DNA of 64,000 nucleotides from assembly GCA_024679065.1 (NCBI GenBank), contig JAGIQG010000008.1, forward strand, positions 36,208,001 through 36,272,000, given 5' to 3'. Below are positions 38,924 through 51,219 of the stretch, piece after piece (within the stretch, counting starts at the first letter, position 1; every line of letters begins with the position of its first letter). The notes beneath the pieces were generated by a model, which was given only the letters and a program-made list of their open reading frames with translations, ran no database searches and was not told where the DNA came from. Made by a program: the position numbers and the translations under genes. Origin of the DNA: Sphyrna mokarran. Its lineage: Eukaryota.

Positions 38924-39581
38924 GCAGTGTTCTGGTCTGCAATAGCACACATATCAACACAGACAGTCACAGATTGCTGATTAGAATGCGAATCCTTACA
39001 TCTAACCTGCTATTCAAGTGTTAAAGTGGCTAACAATGTGTGTGAAGGGAATCCTGAGCATTGGTTAGAGGATTGCGTATTTTCTCCAGACAGCACAGTA
39101 AGTGAGGTTGTTTGCTAACCCAGGCAAGTTACGGGGGTTACAGATAGTGTGACATGGAGCCAAGATCCCTATTAAGACCGTCTTCGTGTGTGTGGAACGT
39201 GGCTATCAGTCTCTGCTCAGCGACTCTGCGCTGTCGTGTGCCCCTTGAAGAACATTTACCCGCAGGTCGGAGGCCAAATGCCCATGACTGCTGAAGTGTT
39301 CGCCCACAGGAAGGGAACTGTTTTGCCTGGTGATTGTTGAGCGATGCTCATTCATCCGCTGTCGTAGTGTCTGCATGGTCTCCCCAATGTACCATGCTTC
39401 GCGACATCCTTTCTTGCAACGTTTTAGGTAGACAACGTTGGCCAAGTTGCAAGAGTATGTACTGTGTACCTGGTGAATGGTATCCTCACGTTTGATGATG
39501 TCGTCCATGTTTATGATCTGGCATGTCTTGCAGAGGTTGCTGTGGCAGGGTTGTGTGGTATTGGGTCACTGTTCTCCTGAA

Positions 39582-40896
39582 AATCTCCAAGATTTACGAG
39601 CATTTGGAGAAGTTTAGGTTGATTAGAAATAGTCAACATGGTTTTGTAAAAGGCAGGTTGTGCCTTTCGAGCTTAGTTGAGTTCTTCGAAAATGTGACTG
39701 AACACGTTGATGAAGGAAGAGTAGTGGACGTGGTGTACATGGACTTCAGCAAGGCATTTGACAAGGTCCCACATGCAAGACTTCTTGAGAAAGTGAGAGG
39801 CCATGGGATCCAAGGGGCTTTGGCCTTGTGGATCCAGAACTGGCTTGCCTGCAGAAGGCAGAGGGTGGTTGTGGATGGCTCTTTTTCTGCATGGAGGTCG
39901 GTCACCAGTGGAGTGCCCCAGGGATCTGTTCTAGGACCCTTGCTGTTTGTCATTTTCATAAATGACCTGGATGAGGAAGTGGAGGGATGGGTGAGTAAGT
40001 TCGCCGATGACACGAAGGTCGGTGGTGTTGTGGATGGTCTGGAGGGATGTCAGAAGTTGCAGCATGACATCGACAGGATGCAAGACTGGGCGGAGAAGTG
40101 GCAGATGGACTTCAACGCGGATAAATGTGTTGTGGTCCATTTTGGCAGATCCAACGGGATGAATGAGTACACTATCAAAGGTAGGAGTCTTAGCTGTGTG
40201 GAACAGCAGAGGGATCTTGGGGTCCGGGTCCATAAGACTCTCAAATCGGCCTCCCAGGTGGAGGATGTGGTTAAGAAAGCTTACGGTGTACTGGCCTTCA
40301 TTCATCGAGGGATTGAGTTCAGGAGTCAGGAGGTAATGCTGCAGCTTTATAGGACCCTTGTCAGACCACACTTGGAGTACTGTGCGCAGTTCTGGTCGCC
40401 TCACTATAGGAAGGACGTGGAAGCTATTGAAAGGGTGCAGAGGAGATTTACAAGGATGTTGCCTGGATTGGGAGGCATGCCTTATGAAGACAGGTTGAGG
40501 GAGCTGGGACTGTTCTCCCTGGAGAGACGAAGGTTGAGAGGCGACCTGATAGAGGTTTACAAGATGTTGAGAGGAATAGATAGGGTGGACTCTCAGAGAC
40601 TATTTCCCAGGGCTGAAATGGTCGCGACGAGAGGGCACAGATTTAAGGTGCAGGGAAGCAAGTACAGAGGGGATGCTAGGGGAAAGTTTTTCACTCAGAG
40701 GGTGGTGAGTGAATGGAATCGGCTGCCGTCGGTGGTGGTCGAGGCGAACTCGCTGGGGTCTTTTAAAAGACTTCTGGATGAGTATATGGGATCCAATGGG
40801 TTTGGGGGTTATAGATAGGTCTATGGCTGAGTAGGTTTTGATGTGTTCGGCACAACTTGTGGGCCAAAGGGCCTGTTTGTGCTGTAGTGTTCTATG
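39582..40896 (+). mobile_element. Young 5'-truncated CR1 (HER1-like) LINE with an uninterrupted RT/C-terminal reading frame
   Basis: About 410 aa open frame with QHGF, YMDFSKAFDKVPH, GVPQGSVLGP, FADD and RPHLEYC, followed by a 3' UTR ending in gtgttctatg. TGAA occurs at both junctions with the host PLE. Confidence 0.95.
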
Positions 40897-41572
40897 AAGG
40901 TTGGGTAGTTTGCTGCGAACAATGATCTGTTTGAGGTTGTGCGGTTGTCTGAAAGCAAGAAGTGGGGGGGTGGGGATGGCCCTAGTGAGATGTTCATCGT
41001 CATCAATGATATGTTGAAGACTCTGGAGAAGATGTCGTAGCTTCTCCGCTCTGGGGAAGTACTGGACAACAAAGGGTACTCTGTCCACCATGTCCCGTGT
41101 TCGTCTTCTGAGGAGGTCAGTGCGGTTTATCGCTGTGGCACGTCAGAACTGTCGATCGATGAGTCAAGCGCCATATCGTGTTCCCACGAGGCACTTCAGC
41201 AGTCATGGGCATTCAGCCTCTGACCTGCGGGTAAATGTTCTTCAAGGGGACCTTCGTGACACACGACAGCGCAGAGTCGCTGAGCAGAGACTGATAGCCA
41301 AGTTCTGCACACATGAGGACAGTCTTAATAGGGACCTTGGCTTCATGTCACACTATCTGTAACCCCCGTAACTTGCCTGGGTTAGCAAAAAACCTCACTT
41401 GCTGTGCTGTCTGGAGAAAATACACAATCTTCTAACCAATGCTCAGGATTCCCTTCACACACATTGTTAGCTACTTTAACACTTGAAAAGCAGGTTAGAT
41501 GTAAGGATTCGCATTCTAATCAGCAATCTGTGACTGTGTTGATATGTGTGCTATTGCAGACCAGAACACTGC

Positions 41573-41611
41573 ATTTGCCTGACGAAGACAGAGTGTCGAA
41601 AGCTTGCAAAT
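41573..41611 (+). ncRNA. Minimal type I hammerhead ribozyme motif (PLE-associated)
   Basis: ATTTGC-CTGACGA-A-GACA(gag)TGTC-GAAA-GCTT-GCAAAT: 6-bp stem I, CUGANGA and GAAA core, 4-bp stem II and palindromic AAGCTT in place of stem III. Confidence 0.8.
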
Positions 41612-41959
41612 TTACTATCAAATAAATCAGTTGGATTTAAAATTGGTGTTGCTAGATTCTTACTGAGTTTTCCCTTTCTGCTAAACAGAAAAAGACCTCT
41701 TGACTGATTTGCTTTTCCTCCTTACAATAATTCTGTGTTCCTATTGTTGTTTCTGGCTGTTTTTTTTGTGTCTGCCTTTGTGTACTGATTTCCTTCATCC
41801 TCCAGGTCCTCTGCTTTTAGTGTTAGTTCTCCTTTTAGTATGCCTGCTTTTTCCTTAACTTGTTTCTTGTTGACACTGCTTCCGAGTTGAGGGTCACCGA
41901 ATCAAATGAACAAGTATTTTTCATTATCCAAGAAAATTAAAGTTGATCTTCTTATGGCA

Positions 41960-42225
41960 CAAGGGCTACAGACACTTGGAAACATCACCATTTAGAAGTT
42001 CCCCTCCAAGCCACTTGCCACCCTGACTTGGGAATATATCACTGTTCCTTCACTGTCATTGGGTTAAAATACTGGAGCTCCTTCCTAACAGCATTGTGGG
42101 TGTACTCACACCATATGGATTGCAGCAATTCAAGAAGGCAGCTCAGCATCACCTTCTCAAGAGCAATTGGAGATTAGCAATAAATGCTCTTGGCTAGTGA
42201 CGTCCCCATCCCGTAAATTGATGTA
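41960..42225 (+). mobile_element. 3' fragment of the second LINE family
   Basis: catcacca...gttcccctccaagccac...caagaaggcagctca...aataaatgct. Confidence 0.7.
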
Positions 42226-43984
42226 AACTAAAAGTCTTTTTGAAGCACTCTTAAAATCAATTATGGATCTACAGAACTTTTTAAGAAAAAATTGTAATTT
42301 TTTCTGTATGTTTCTGGGTTAAATTCTCCACTGTGTTCAGCATCATTTAATATGTTCTGTATTAGATGAGAGAAAACTCAAAACAAAATTAGACGAGGAT
42401 GTAAAATCCTCCAGCAGAAAATACAAAGGGAAGAAGCTTTCTCACGTAGCAGTGCTCCTCGCTGTATAAACTATGTCAATTCCCCAAAGGTAGACAACAC
42501 CACTGGATGTTAGCTTTATAGTCTGCCTAGATATTGTCAGTTATAGCAGTGAAGAACATTGCTGTTTGCCCCAGGGAATTCACTAGAAGTTTATATAGAA
42601 TAGCTTGGCGCAGTGCTTATCAACAACTTCTTCCCCAACAAACTCTACAGGTAAACTGTTCTACAAACCAAGATGTTTTACTGATGGTTTCTTTTTTATT
42701 GCATAATTTCAGAGGTAGATTTACAGTGTGGGGCTCCATGCTAACCTTCATTTCTGTATCCCCCTTACTACTATTTGAACCATCAATACCATGTTTTTCC
42801 CGCTATCGTTGGCTTCTCCATACCACATTGTCCTTCCCGTGGCTGACTGCTGCGCTTCTCCCTCACCTCATAGTCTCATGCCCGCTCTTTAGTTCTCATT
42901 CAATCCGAGTCTGATTTTGCTGTGCATTTGCTGATAGGTTTACTAAATTACAGGAATTAATTGATTGGATGACCTACTAACTGTCTAATCATGTTGATGT
43001 GATGTGCACTCCAGCTGAGCTATCTCTGAGTCTTCCAGTATTGGATCCAGCGGTACAACAGGGCAGCCACTGCTGGGGACCCTCCTAGGCACAGTGTGTT
43101 TTATTGTAAATCAACCCCTGCATAATTCTCAAAATAGTTAATAGTCTCAAAGCTTGAGCCTCATACTTGACTTTGCTTGAGACCCAGCTCATAAATCAAG
43201 ACTATTTGGATTAATTGGTATTGTTGTAATTACAATATTAAACCAGATGAACCCTGCAAACAGATTAATCCCTTATTGTCAGCTTACAGACATCATGAAC
43301 ATTAATATGATACCGTGTTGAAAGTTGTCCCATTCAACATATTGTACATCACTGATGAGGGAACTTCATGACTAGAGATGAATTTTGATAAGGTTGCAGC
43401 GAGGCATTATTATTGAAATTGTGCCCCTCTATCTGGTGAAACTGTTGTTAATGAGGTGTGATGTATGATGAGGGCAGGAGACTGGTGGTAATGCACTCAA
43501 GATTTGTGATCAATTGTACAAACTACTATGTTGCTAGGGAAGATTGCCAGGTATCTTCTGTGGCAAATGAGGTTTAAATCCATGTTTGTTGGTTGTCTGA
43601 GTAATCAGTGTTTCAGCTTCTCGATTGAAGGGAAACAAGTGGGATTTATTTTTAGAGTTGGAGACAATAGCAACACCTTATATTTGTGCAGTATGTTTCA
43701 TCTAATGAAATGCTCAAGCTGTTTCATGAGAATGAGTAGCCTTCTATCTTGTAAGATAGTTTGTGCCACTATGGTCAACTCTGTTAACAATCAACTGGTG
43801 TGACCCAGGAGTCTTACTCTGGCATGGCAGTCCCTGCTGCATTTGTTGTACAGGAAGACAATGGGCTAAGAAAGTGCAAAATTCTCTGGTCTCTGTTTTC
43901 TCTGGACCCTGTTTTGGTCAGCTAAAGTTTCCAGTTTGCTTGTCCCTTCTAAGCAGTCAGCTCTTAGAAGCACAGTCCACTGGG

Positions 43985-44430
43985 GCATGATGAACAAAAC
44001 TTGTCAGCCAGTCATATAAGGAGTTATTAGGCAAATGACCAAAAGTTGTTCAAAGAGTTAGCTTTTCATAAGTGTTTTCAAAGAGAAAGAAAGGAGTAGA
44101 GAGAGAATTTCCAATCTTGGGGCCTAAGCAACTGGAGCTCCCAGAGGCCAGAATTAACGCAGCAAAGCCATGGAGAGATTTGAAAACAAGGATGAGAATT
44201 TTAAAATCAAGATATTACTTGAGCAGAAGCCAATGTAGGTTAGTGAGCACAGGAGTGATAGGGTAACAGAACTTTGATGCAAGTTATGGTAGCAGCAGAG
44301 TTTTGGATGGCCTCAATATAATGAATGGTGGAATATGGAAAATCACCAGGACTGTGTTGGAATAGTCAAATCTAAAAGTGAGGAAGGAATGAATGAGGGA
44401 TTCAGCAGCAGATGAGCTGAGACTGCTATT
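43985..44430 (-). mobile_element. L2 3' fragment
   Basis: Similar to 23280-23600 (gagagaatttcca...ttggggcc, gccatggagagatttgaaaacaagga). Confidence 0.6.
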
Positions 44431-44744
44431 GTGATATCACTTTGAGAATATACAAATAAAGTACAAGTGCCTTCGAGAAACCAGGATATTAAATCAGCAT
44501 GTGACTAGCAAGGTGGTGTTGTGTCTGTCCGTTAAATCTATTGGTTACACCTGTAGATTTTATATATTAGTTGTAATCTTTAAAATAATCTATTTATAGT
44601 TGACCAATTTGTGCCTATGTGATTAGAGAGTTTATGTGAAGAAAACAAGTAACTTAATAACAGGGATGAAGTTGGGCTATGTTATGCCCATTTTACAACC
44701 AATTACATATTTTTGAAGTGCAGTCACTGTTGTAAAGTGGGTTC

Positions 44745-45552
44745 GATTTCAAACAATGATGAGACAGAGTAAAGGAATGAGATAGAGAATCTGGTGAACT
44801 GGTACAGCAACAATAATCTCTCCCTCAGGGTCAACAAAATGAAGGAGATTGTCACCGACTTCAGGAAATGTAAAGGAGAACATGCCCCTGTCTACGTCAG
44901 TGGGGACGAAGTAGAAAAGGATTGAGAGCTTCAAGTTTTTAGGTGTCCAGATCACCAACAACCTGTTCCGGTTCCCCCACGCCATCACTATAGTTAAGAA
45001 AGCCCACCAATGCCTCTACTTTCTCAGGAGACTAAGGAAGTTTAGCATGTCGGCTGTGACTGTCACCAACTTTTACAGACGCACCATAGAAAATATTCTT
45101 TTTGGTCATATGGCAGCTTGGTATGATTCCTGCTCTGCATAAGACTGCAAGGAACTCCAGAAGATCATAAATGTAGCCCAATCCATCACGCAAACCAGCC
45201 TCCCATCCATTGACTCTGTCTACACTTCAGCAAAGCAGTCCTCATAATTAAATACCCCACACAACCTCTTCCACCTTCTGTCTTCCACCTTCCTTTGGGA
45301 AAAAGATAAAGAAGTCTGAGATCACATACCACCCAACTCAAGAACAGCTTTTTCCCTATTGCTATCAGACTTTTGAATGGATTTAACATGCATAAAGTTG
45401 ATCTTTCTCTACACCCTAGCTATGACTGTATACTAAATTCTGTATATTCTTGTTTCCTTCTCTATGAATGGTATGTTTTGTCTGTACAGCACGTAAGAAA
45501 CAATAGTTTTCACTATATTAATATATGTGACAATAATAAATTAAATCAAATC
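44745..45552 (+). mobile_element. Rex1/Babar-type LINE 3' portion
   Basis: NNLSL.V.KMKEIV.DF, FKFLGVQITNNL and KKAHQCLYFLRRLRKF motifs; tail caataataaattaaatcaaatc. Confidence 0.85.
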
Positions 45553-47094
45553 TCTGAAGATACATTAATGGCCCTGTGTGTACTGCAGAAACCAATTATA
45601 TTTCCTAAGCCAGAACTGACCAATAGAGAATAATAGGATAAAGGACTCTGCAAATTAAAATCCCTTTAAAATTTTTAACCGTTGAAACATTAACAAATCT
45701 AACAATCCAGACAAAGAAATATGCATCCTTTGTCAAAGCCAAAATGGAGAAATTGGGAATCGTGTGAAATGTCCACACCTCCCCGGCCCAGCTGGAGGAA
45801 CATATAGAACTGCCAAGCAATCAGCCCACTTCCATTTAGCAAGTAACAGCTCAAGGGCTCAATCCAAGCGAATGCCTGGATTCCATCTATACTGTTTCTA
45901 CTGGAACTTCTGTACCCACAGCTATAAGACTAATACATTTCTACATGTCTATTCCATTGTGAAAGTCATCTCTATTGGAAGAGTGAGTTATCCACCATCA
46001 GTCTTCAGCTTGCCAAACTCTGGAAGAATACATTGTTGAACTTTGATTCTGGACTTGCATGAAATAATAATTCCTTTCTCTGTGGTCTTTTTCCTTTAAA
46101 CTCTTTATCCTGTTTTCATTATATGGATGAAAAGGTGGTCATGTTGCTACACTTCTCTCACATTTGAGAATGTGCAAATAAATTAATCTTTTTTGGTCAT
46201 CCTACATTGAGTTTGATGCACGGTTATTAATAGAGAAGTGTGTTGCACCAAAACTGGGGGATTGGGGAATGCATCACTGCCTATAAGGGGGGCAATCAAA
46301 ATCAAACACCTTCCTGCTCACAGATGGGTAGTGAGAAGAGAAATCAGGACTATTTAAATCCCCTTCTGTCCGTAACAAGACATTTGGTCCCGTAGGTTGT
46401 AAATGGTTCAGGCACTCATCACTGTGGGATACTGCTCATTACATCTTGCTAACCTGAAAATGACCCATTTATGCCTACAGTCTGTTTCCTGTTAGCTAAC
46501 TAATCTCTGTCTATGTTAATATATTATCTCCTATACCATGAACTCCTATGTGTAACTACTTTTATTGTTACATCTTGTCAAATGCCTTGTGGAAATTTAA
46601 GTGCACTCCATCTGCAGTTTATCTGCATTGTCAATTTCTCAAAGAACTCGAATAAATTTTCCTTCTGTAAAACCATGTTAACTTTGACTGATTGCATTGA
46701 GATTTTTTAAGAAACCTGCTAAAACTTCCATCATAGATTTTAGCATTTTCCCTTTGGCAGATTTAAAACTAATTTGCCTGTAGTTTCCCGCTTTCTGTTT
46801 TCCCCCTTATCTTGAATAGAAGAGTTCTATTCTGGGACTTTTCTAAAGGAATTTGAAAAATTAAAATCAATGCATTTACAATCTTAGCAGCTATATCTTT
46901 TAAGACTGTAGGGTGAGGTCCATCAGGACCTGCAGACTTGTCAGCTTTTAGCTCTAATAATTTTCTCAGTACTTGTTCCCTGGTGATTATAATTGTTTCA
47001 ATTCCTTCCTTTCACCTCCTGATGCACATTAATTTCAAGGATGTTACTTGTATCCTGTACACTGAAGCCAGAAGCAAAATATCTGTTCAGCTTT

Positions 47095-48430
47095 TTCTTA
47101 TTCATTTGTGGGGCATGGGCATCACTGGCTGGCCAGCATTTATTATTCATCCCTAGTTGCCCTTCAGAACATGCTGGTGAGCTGTCCTCTCGAATCGCTG
47201 CAGTCCATGTTTTGTCCATAATGCCATTGGAGAGGGAATTCCAGGATTTTTGACCCAGCAACTGCAAAGAATGATTATATGTCTCCAAGTCAAATGATGA
47301 GTGGCTTGGAAGGGAACTTGCAGGTGATGGTGTTCCCATTTATATGCTGCCCTTGTCCTTCTAGATGGCAATGATCGTGGATTTGGAAAGTGCTGTCTAA
47401 GGATCTTTGGTGAATTGCTGCAGTGCATCTTGTGGATAGTACACGCTGCACTGAATGTTGGTGGTGGAGGGATTAAATGTTTGTGAATGCCAGTCAAGTG
47501 AGTTGCTTTGTCCTGGATGGTGTCAAGCTTCTTGAGTGTTGTTGGAGCTGTTGACCCATCCAGTCAAGTGGAAGCATTCCATCATATCCCTGACTTGTGC
47601 CTTGTAGATGGTGGATAGGCTTTGGGGAATCAGGAGATGAATTACTTGCCCAGTATTCCTAGCCCCTCACCTGCTCTTGTAGCCTCTGTGTTATGTGGTT
47701 AATCCAGTTAAGTTCCTGGTGAATGGTAACACCAGAGATATTGACAGTGGAGGATTCAGTAATGGTAACACCATTGAATGTCAAGGGACAGTAGTTAGAG
47801 TCTCTTATTGGTGATGGTCATTGCCTGGTATTTGTATGGCACAACTATTACTTGCCTCTTGTCTGTCCAAGCCTGGATATTGTCCAGATGTTGTTGAGTT
47901 TGAACATGGACTCCTCAGTATCTGGGGAATCGTGAGTGGTGCTGAACATTGTTCACTCATCGGAGAACATCCCAACGTCTGACCTTATGACAGAGGGAAG
48001 GGGATTGATTGATGAAGCAGCTAAAATTGTTGGGCTGAGGACATCACCCTGACAGACTCCTGCAGAGATGTTCTGGAGCTGAGATGACTGATCCTCCACA
48101 ACACGACCATCTTCCTATGTACCAGGCATGACTCCAACCAGCAGAGAGTTTACCCCAATACCCATTGATTCCAGTTTCACTAGAGCTCCTTGATGCCACA
48201 CTTGGATAAAATGCAGGCTTGATGTCAAGGGCTGTCACTCCCACCTCATTTCTGGAATTCAGCTGTTTTGCCCATGTTTGAACCTAGGCTGTAATGAGGT
48301 CAGGAGTTGGGTGACCCTGGCGAAACCCAAACTGGGCATCACTGAGCAGGTTATTGCTGAGCAGGTGCTGTTTGATAGCACTTTGATGACCCCTTCTATC
48401 ACTTTACTGATAATCAACAGTAGACTAGTA
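47095..48430 (-). mobile_element. CR1/L2-superfamily LINE (second family)
   Basis: Minus strand VTALDIKxAF and 3' end aataaatgctggccagccagtgatgcccatgccccacaaatgaat. Confidence 0.8.
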
Positions 48431-48479
48431 GCTATCTATAGTTATTTGATTTTCCATTATTAATTCCTCAGAGTCACAC

Positions 48480-48850
48480 TGTGCTTTGCAGGTAGTTGTA
48501 ATACTGAGTTAGAACTGGGAGCTCTCAGTGTAGAGGTTAAAACTAATGCTCTGCTTTTAGATGTTATTGAGAGACAGCATGTAGATGAATAACAGGAGAA
48601 ACTAATCATAGGACCTTGAGGACATCAGAAGTAATGATGCAAAAGTAGGAGAGAAGCTATTAGAAGTGATTCTCTGACTTTCATCAGATGGATAGGAATA
48701 GAACTATGTGAGGATAGTCCAACCCAGTGGAGGGGTGTTGGAGGATGGTGTGTGTGGTCAACTGTGTCAAACACTGCAGATAGGTTGAAAAGGAAAAGAA
48801 GGAAAATTTTACCTTTGTCCTTGGGAATGGATTTGGGAAGTGACAACATG
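48480..48850 (-). mobile_element. L2 RT fragment
   Basis: Minus strand LFNLSAVFDTVDH, matching the L2 LDLSAAFDTVDH motif. Confidence 0.7.
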
Positions 48851-48855
48851 TTCAA

Positions 48856-49236
48856 GGACTTAGCCTGGCTTCAAGCCACACTATCTGTAACCTCCATGAC
48901 TTGCCTGAGTTAGCAAAAAACCTCACTTACTGTGCTGTCTGGAGACAATACACCTCTCTTTAACCTGTGTTCAGTGCTCTGTCCACTCACATTGTTAGCC
49001 ACTTTAAGACTTGAATAGCAGGTTAGGTGTAAAGAATCACATTCTAATCGGTAATCTGTAAACAGTTTGTGTTGTTATATGTGCTGTTTGAGACCAGAAC
49101 ACCTCATTCACCTGATGAAGACCAGAGGCTCGAAAGCTTGTGAGTTTACTATCAAATCAATCGGTTGGATTTAAAACCTGGTGTTGTCAGACTTCTTGCT
49201 GTGTTTACCCCAGTCCAATGCCGGCATCTCTACGTC
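48856..49236 (+). mobile_element. Penelope-like 3' end (pLTR) fragment
   Basis: Colinear with 41330-41669 and ends in cccagtccaatgccggcatctctacgtc, the same terminus as 38791-38820 (reverse strand). Confidence 0.85.
49106..49145 (+). ncRNA. Minimal hammerhead ribozyme motif (PLE-associated)
   Basis: ATTCAC-CTGATGA-AGACCAGAGGCTC-GAAA-GCTT-GTGAGT. Stem I differs from the 41573 copy but still pairs (one G-U); stem II is imperfect. Confidence 0.7.
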
Positions 49237-49240
49237 TTGG

Positions 49241-50410
49241 TCATAGAAGACAAAGTAGTGGTAAAAGGGTGTTTTTCTGATTGGAGACCTGTGACCAGTG
49301 CTGGGTCACTTGTTGTTTGGAATATGTATAGGTGATTTGGAGGAGAATGTACGTGGTCTCATTAGTTAGTTTGTGGACTTCACAAAGATTGAAAGAGCTG
49401 CAGCTAGTGAGGATGATTTCTCGAGGATACAGCAGGAAATAGGCTGGAAAACTGGGTGGAGATTGGAATTTAATCTGGACAAATGTGAGGTAATGTATTT
49501 TGAAAGGTCTAATACAGGAGGGAAATATACAGTAAATGGTAAAACTCTCAGAAGCATTAACATTACAATGGAATCTAGGCATACACATGAATAAGATGGG
49601 AATAGAAGAATATGATTCCTGGAAGGATAGAGCGTTTTAGTTAAGTCAGGCAGCATGGTCAGTGCAAGCTTGGAGAGCCAAAGGGTCTATGCTGTAATTT
49701 TCTTTGTTCTTTGTTCATAGTTCATACAGGTCCACAGTTCCCTGAAAGTGGCAACACAAGTGGAGAAGCCAATGGCATGCCCATTTTCATTGATTAGGGC
49801 ACAAAGTATAAAAATTGAGAATCATGTTGCAGTTTTATAGAATTTTGATTCGGCCACATTTGGAATGTTGTGTACAGTTCTTGTTGCCACAGTACCAGAA
49901 GGATGTGGCGGCTTTGGGAGGGTACAGAAAAGGTTTACCAGGATGTTGCCTGTCTGGAGGGTATTATTATCTGTGAGGAGAGATTGAACAAACTTGATTT
50001 GTTTACACTTGAATGTTGGAGGCTGAGAGATTGCATGGTAGAAGTTTACAAAATTATGAGAGGATGGATAAAATGGATAGTTGGAGCCTTTTTCCCAAAG
50101 TAGGAATGTCAACTACTAGGCACCTTAGGTTCAAGGTAAAAGGGGATTCATTTAATGGAGATTTGAAAGGTAAGTTTTTTTTTTCCCACAGAGGGTAGTA
50201 AGTGCCTGGAATGCACTGTCGGAGGATGTGTTAGAAGCAGATACCATAGCAACGTTTAAGAGGCATCTTGACAGATACATGAGTAGGCAGGGAGTAGAGG
50301 GATACAGATCACATAGAGGCAAAAAGATCTTTAGGAAGGTGTCATCTGTTGGCACAGGCTTGGTGGGTAGAAAGGCTTGTTCCTGTGCTGTACTGTTTTT
50401 GTTCTTTGTT
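49241..50410 (+). mobile_element. Degenerate CR1 (with a nested tail at ~49590-49715)
   Basis: EFNLDKCEVMYF, cggccacatttggaatgttgtgtacagttc, gcctggaatgcactg and (TTCTTTG)n tails. Confidence 0.85.
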
Positions 50411-51219
50411 AAAAGAGAAAGGGACAACACCCGAAAGAGAAAATGTATATACAATATCAACTAATATGGGGGTCAGGAGAAGTTGTTGGGTGGTCAGCAA
50501 TTTCCTGTAAATAGGATTGAGGGGGACAGGAGGTCACTCTCATGGGCAAGAAGAGTTTGGAGAGGACGTGACTTCAGGTCAATACGTCTGACAATGACAG
50601 TCAAACCAAGTTGACCCTTTGTGGCAGATGCAGTAAGATAATAGCTGAACCAATAGGTTTGTAATCTGGCTGAGAGGAAGTAGCTTTTTTAAAGGGCTTG
50701 AAATCTTTCCATTCAGTCTGTTAACCTTGAAAGCCATTGCTGGTAAGCTATGCAATTTTAATTAGTTAAACTCTTATCACTAACTGTGCATAGTAGAGGT
50801 CTTTAAGCTTTTACTTGTCAGCTGTGTTCTGTAGGTATATGTGAGTGGAGTGTATACCTGTGGGTAAAAAACTATGCCCTCCTTATTAGGCAAGCAGAAA
50901 TTCAAGTAGTTTGCCTTGGATGCTTGTTTGCCTTTTTCAGCAGGACTGTGACTTTTATGCATCTTGAGACTCTTGGCTAACCAAAAGTTACATCCAAGTA
51001 TTTCTTTCTTACCATTTGTAAAATTGCAGCTTTCTCTTTTAATATACAGACGGAACTTAAGTTTCGATTGGTGAAACTTGACATATCGTAGGATGACCTA
51101 TATAAATCAAAATGTAATAATGAGGCTAATTTGTATTATATATAGAAAAGTAATTATGTGAAATTAGTCATTGTAATTAGGTTGTATTTCGCATGATTTT
51201 AAATAGTACCATTGAATCA

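Larger units (their letters stand above)
38791..41670 (-). mobile_element. Penelope-like retroelement (5'-truncated) with inverted pLTR arms, interrupted by a CR1
   Basis: Minus-strand GIY-YIG endonuclease (NVVYL...WYIGET...RMNEHR, ORF 39206-39508), a CxxxxCxxC knuckle (CHSNLCKTC, ~39520-39550) and a linker (VPFVVQY...PLLAFRQPHNLKQIIVRSKLP, 40900-41091). Inverted arms at 38827-39298 and 41192-41669. 12-bp direct repeat TCCCTTTCTGCT at 38779-38790 and 41671-41682. Confidence 0.9.

Noticed and set aside
39523-39581. Start of the 431-aa ORF as a real gene start
   Set aside because: The N-terminus is antisense PLE sequence fused by chance to a 5'-truncated CR1.
39633-40404. Minus-strand ORFs of 126-157 aa
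   Set aside because: They are antisense shadows of the CR1 RT.
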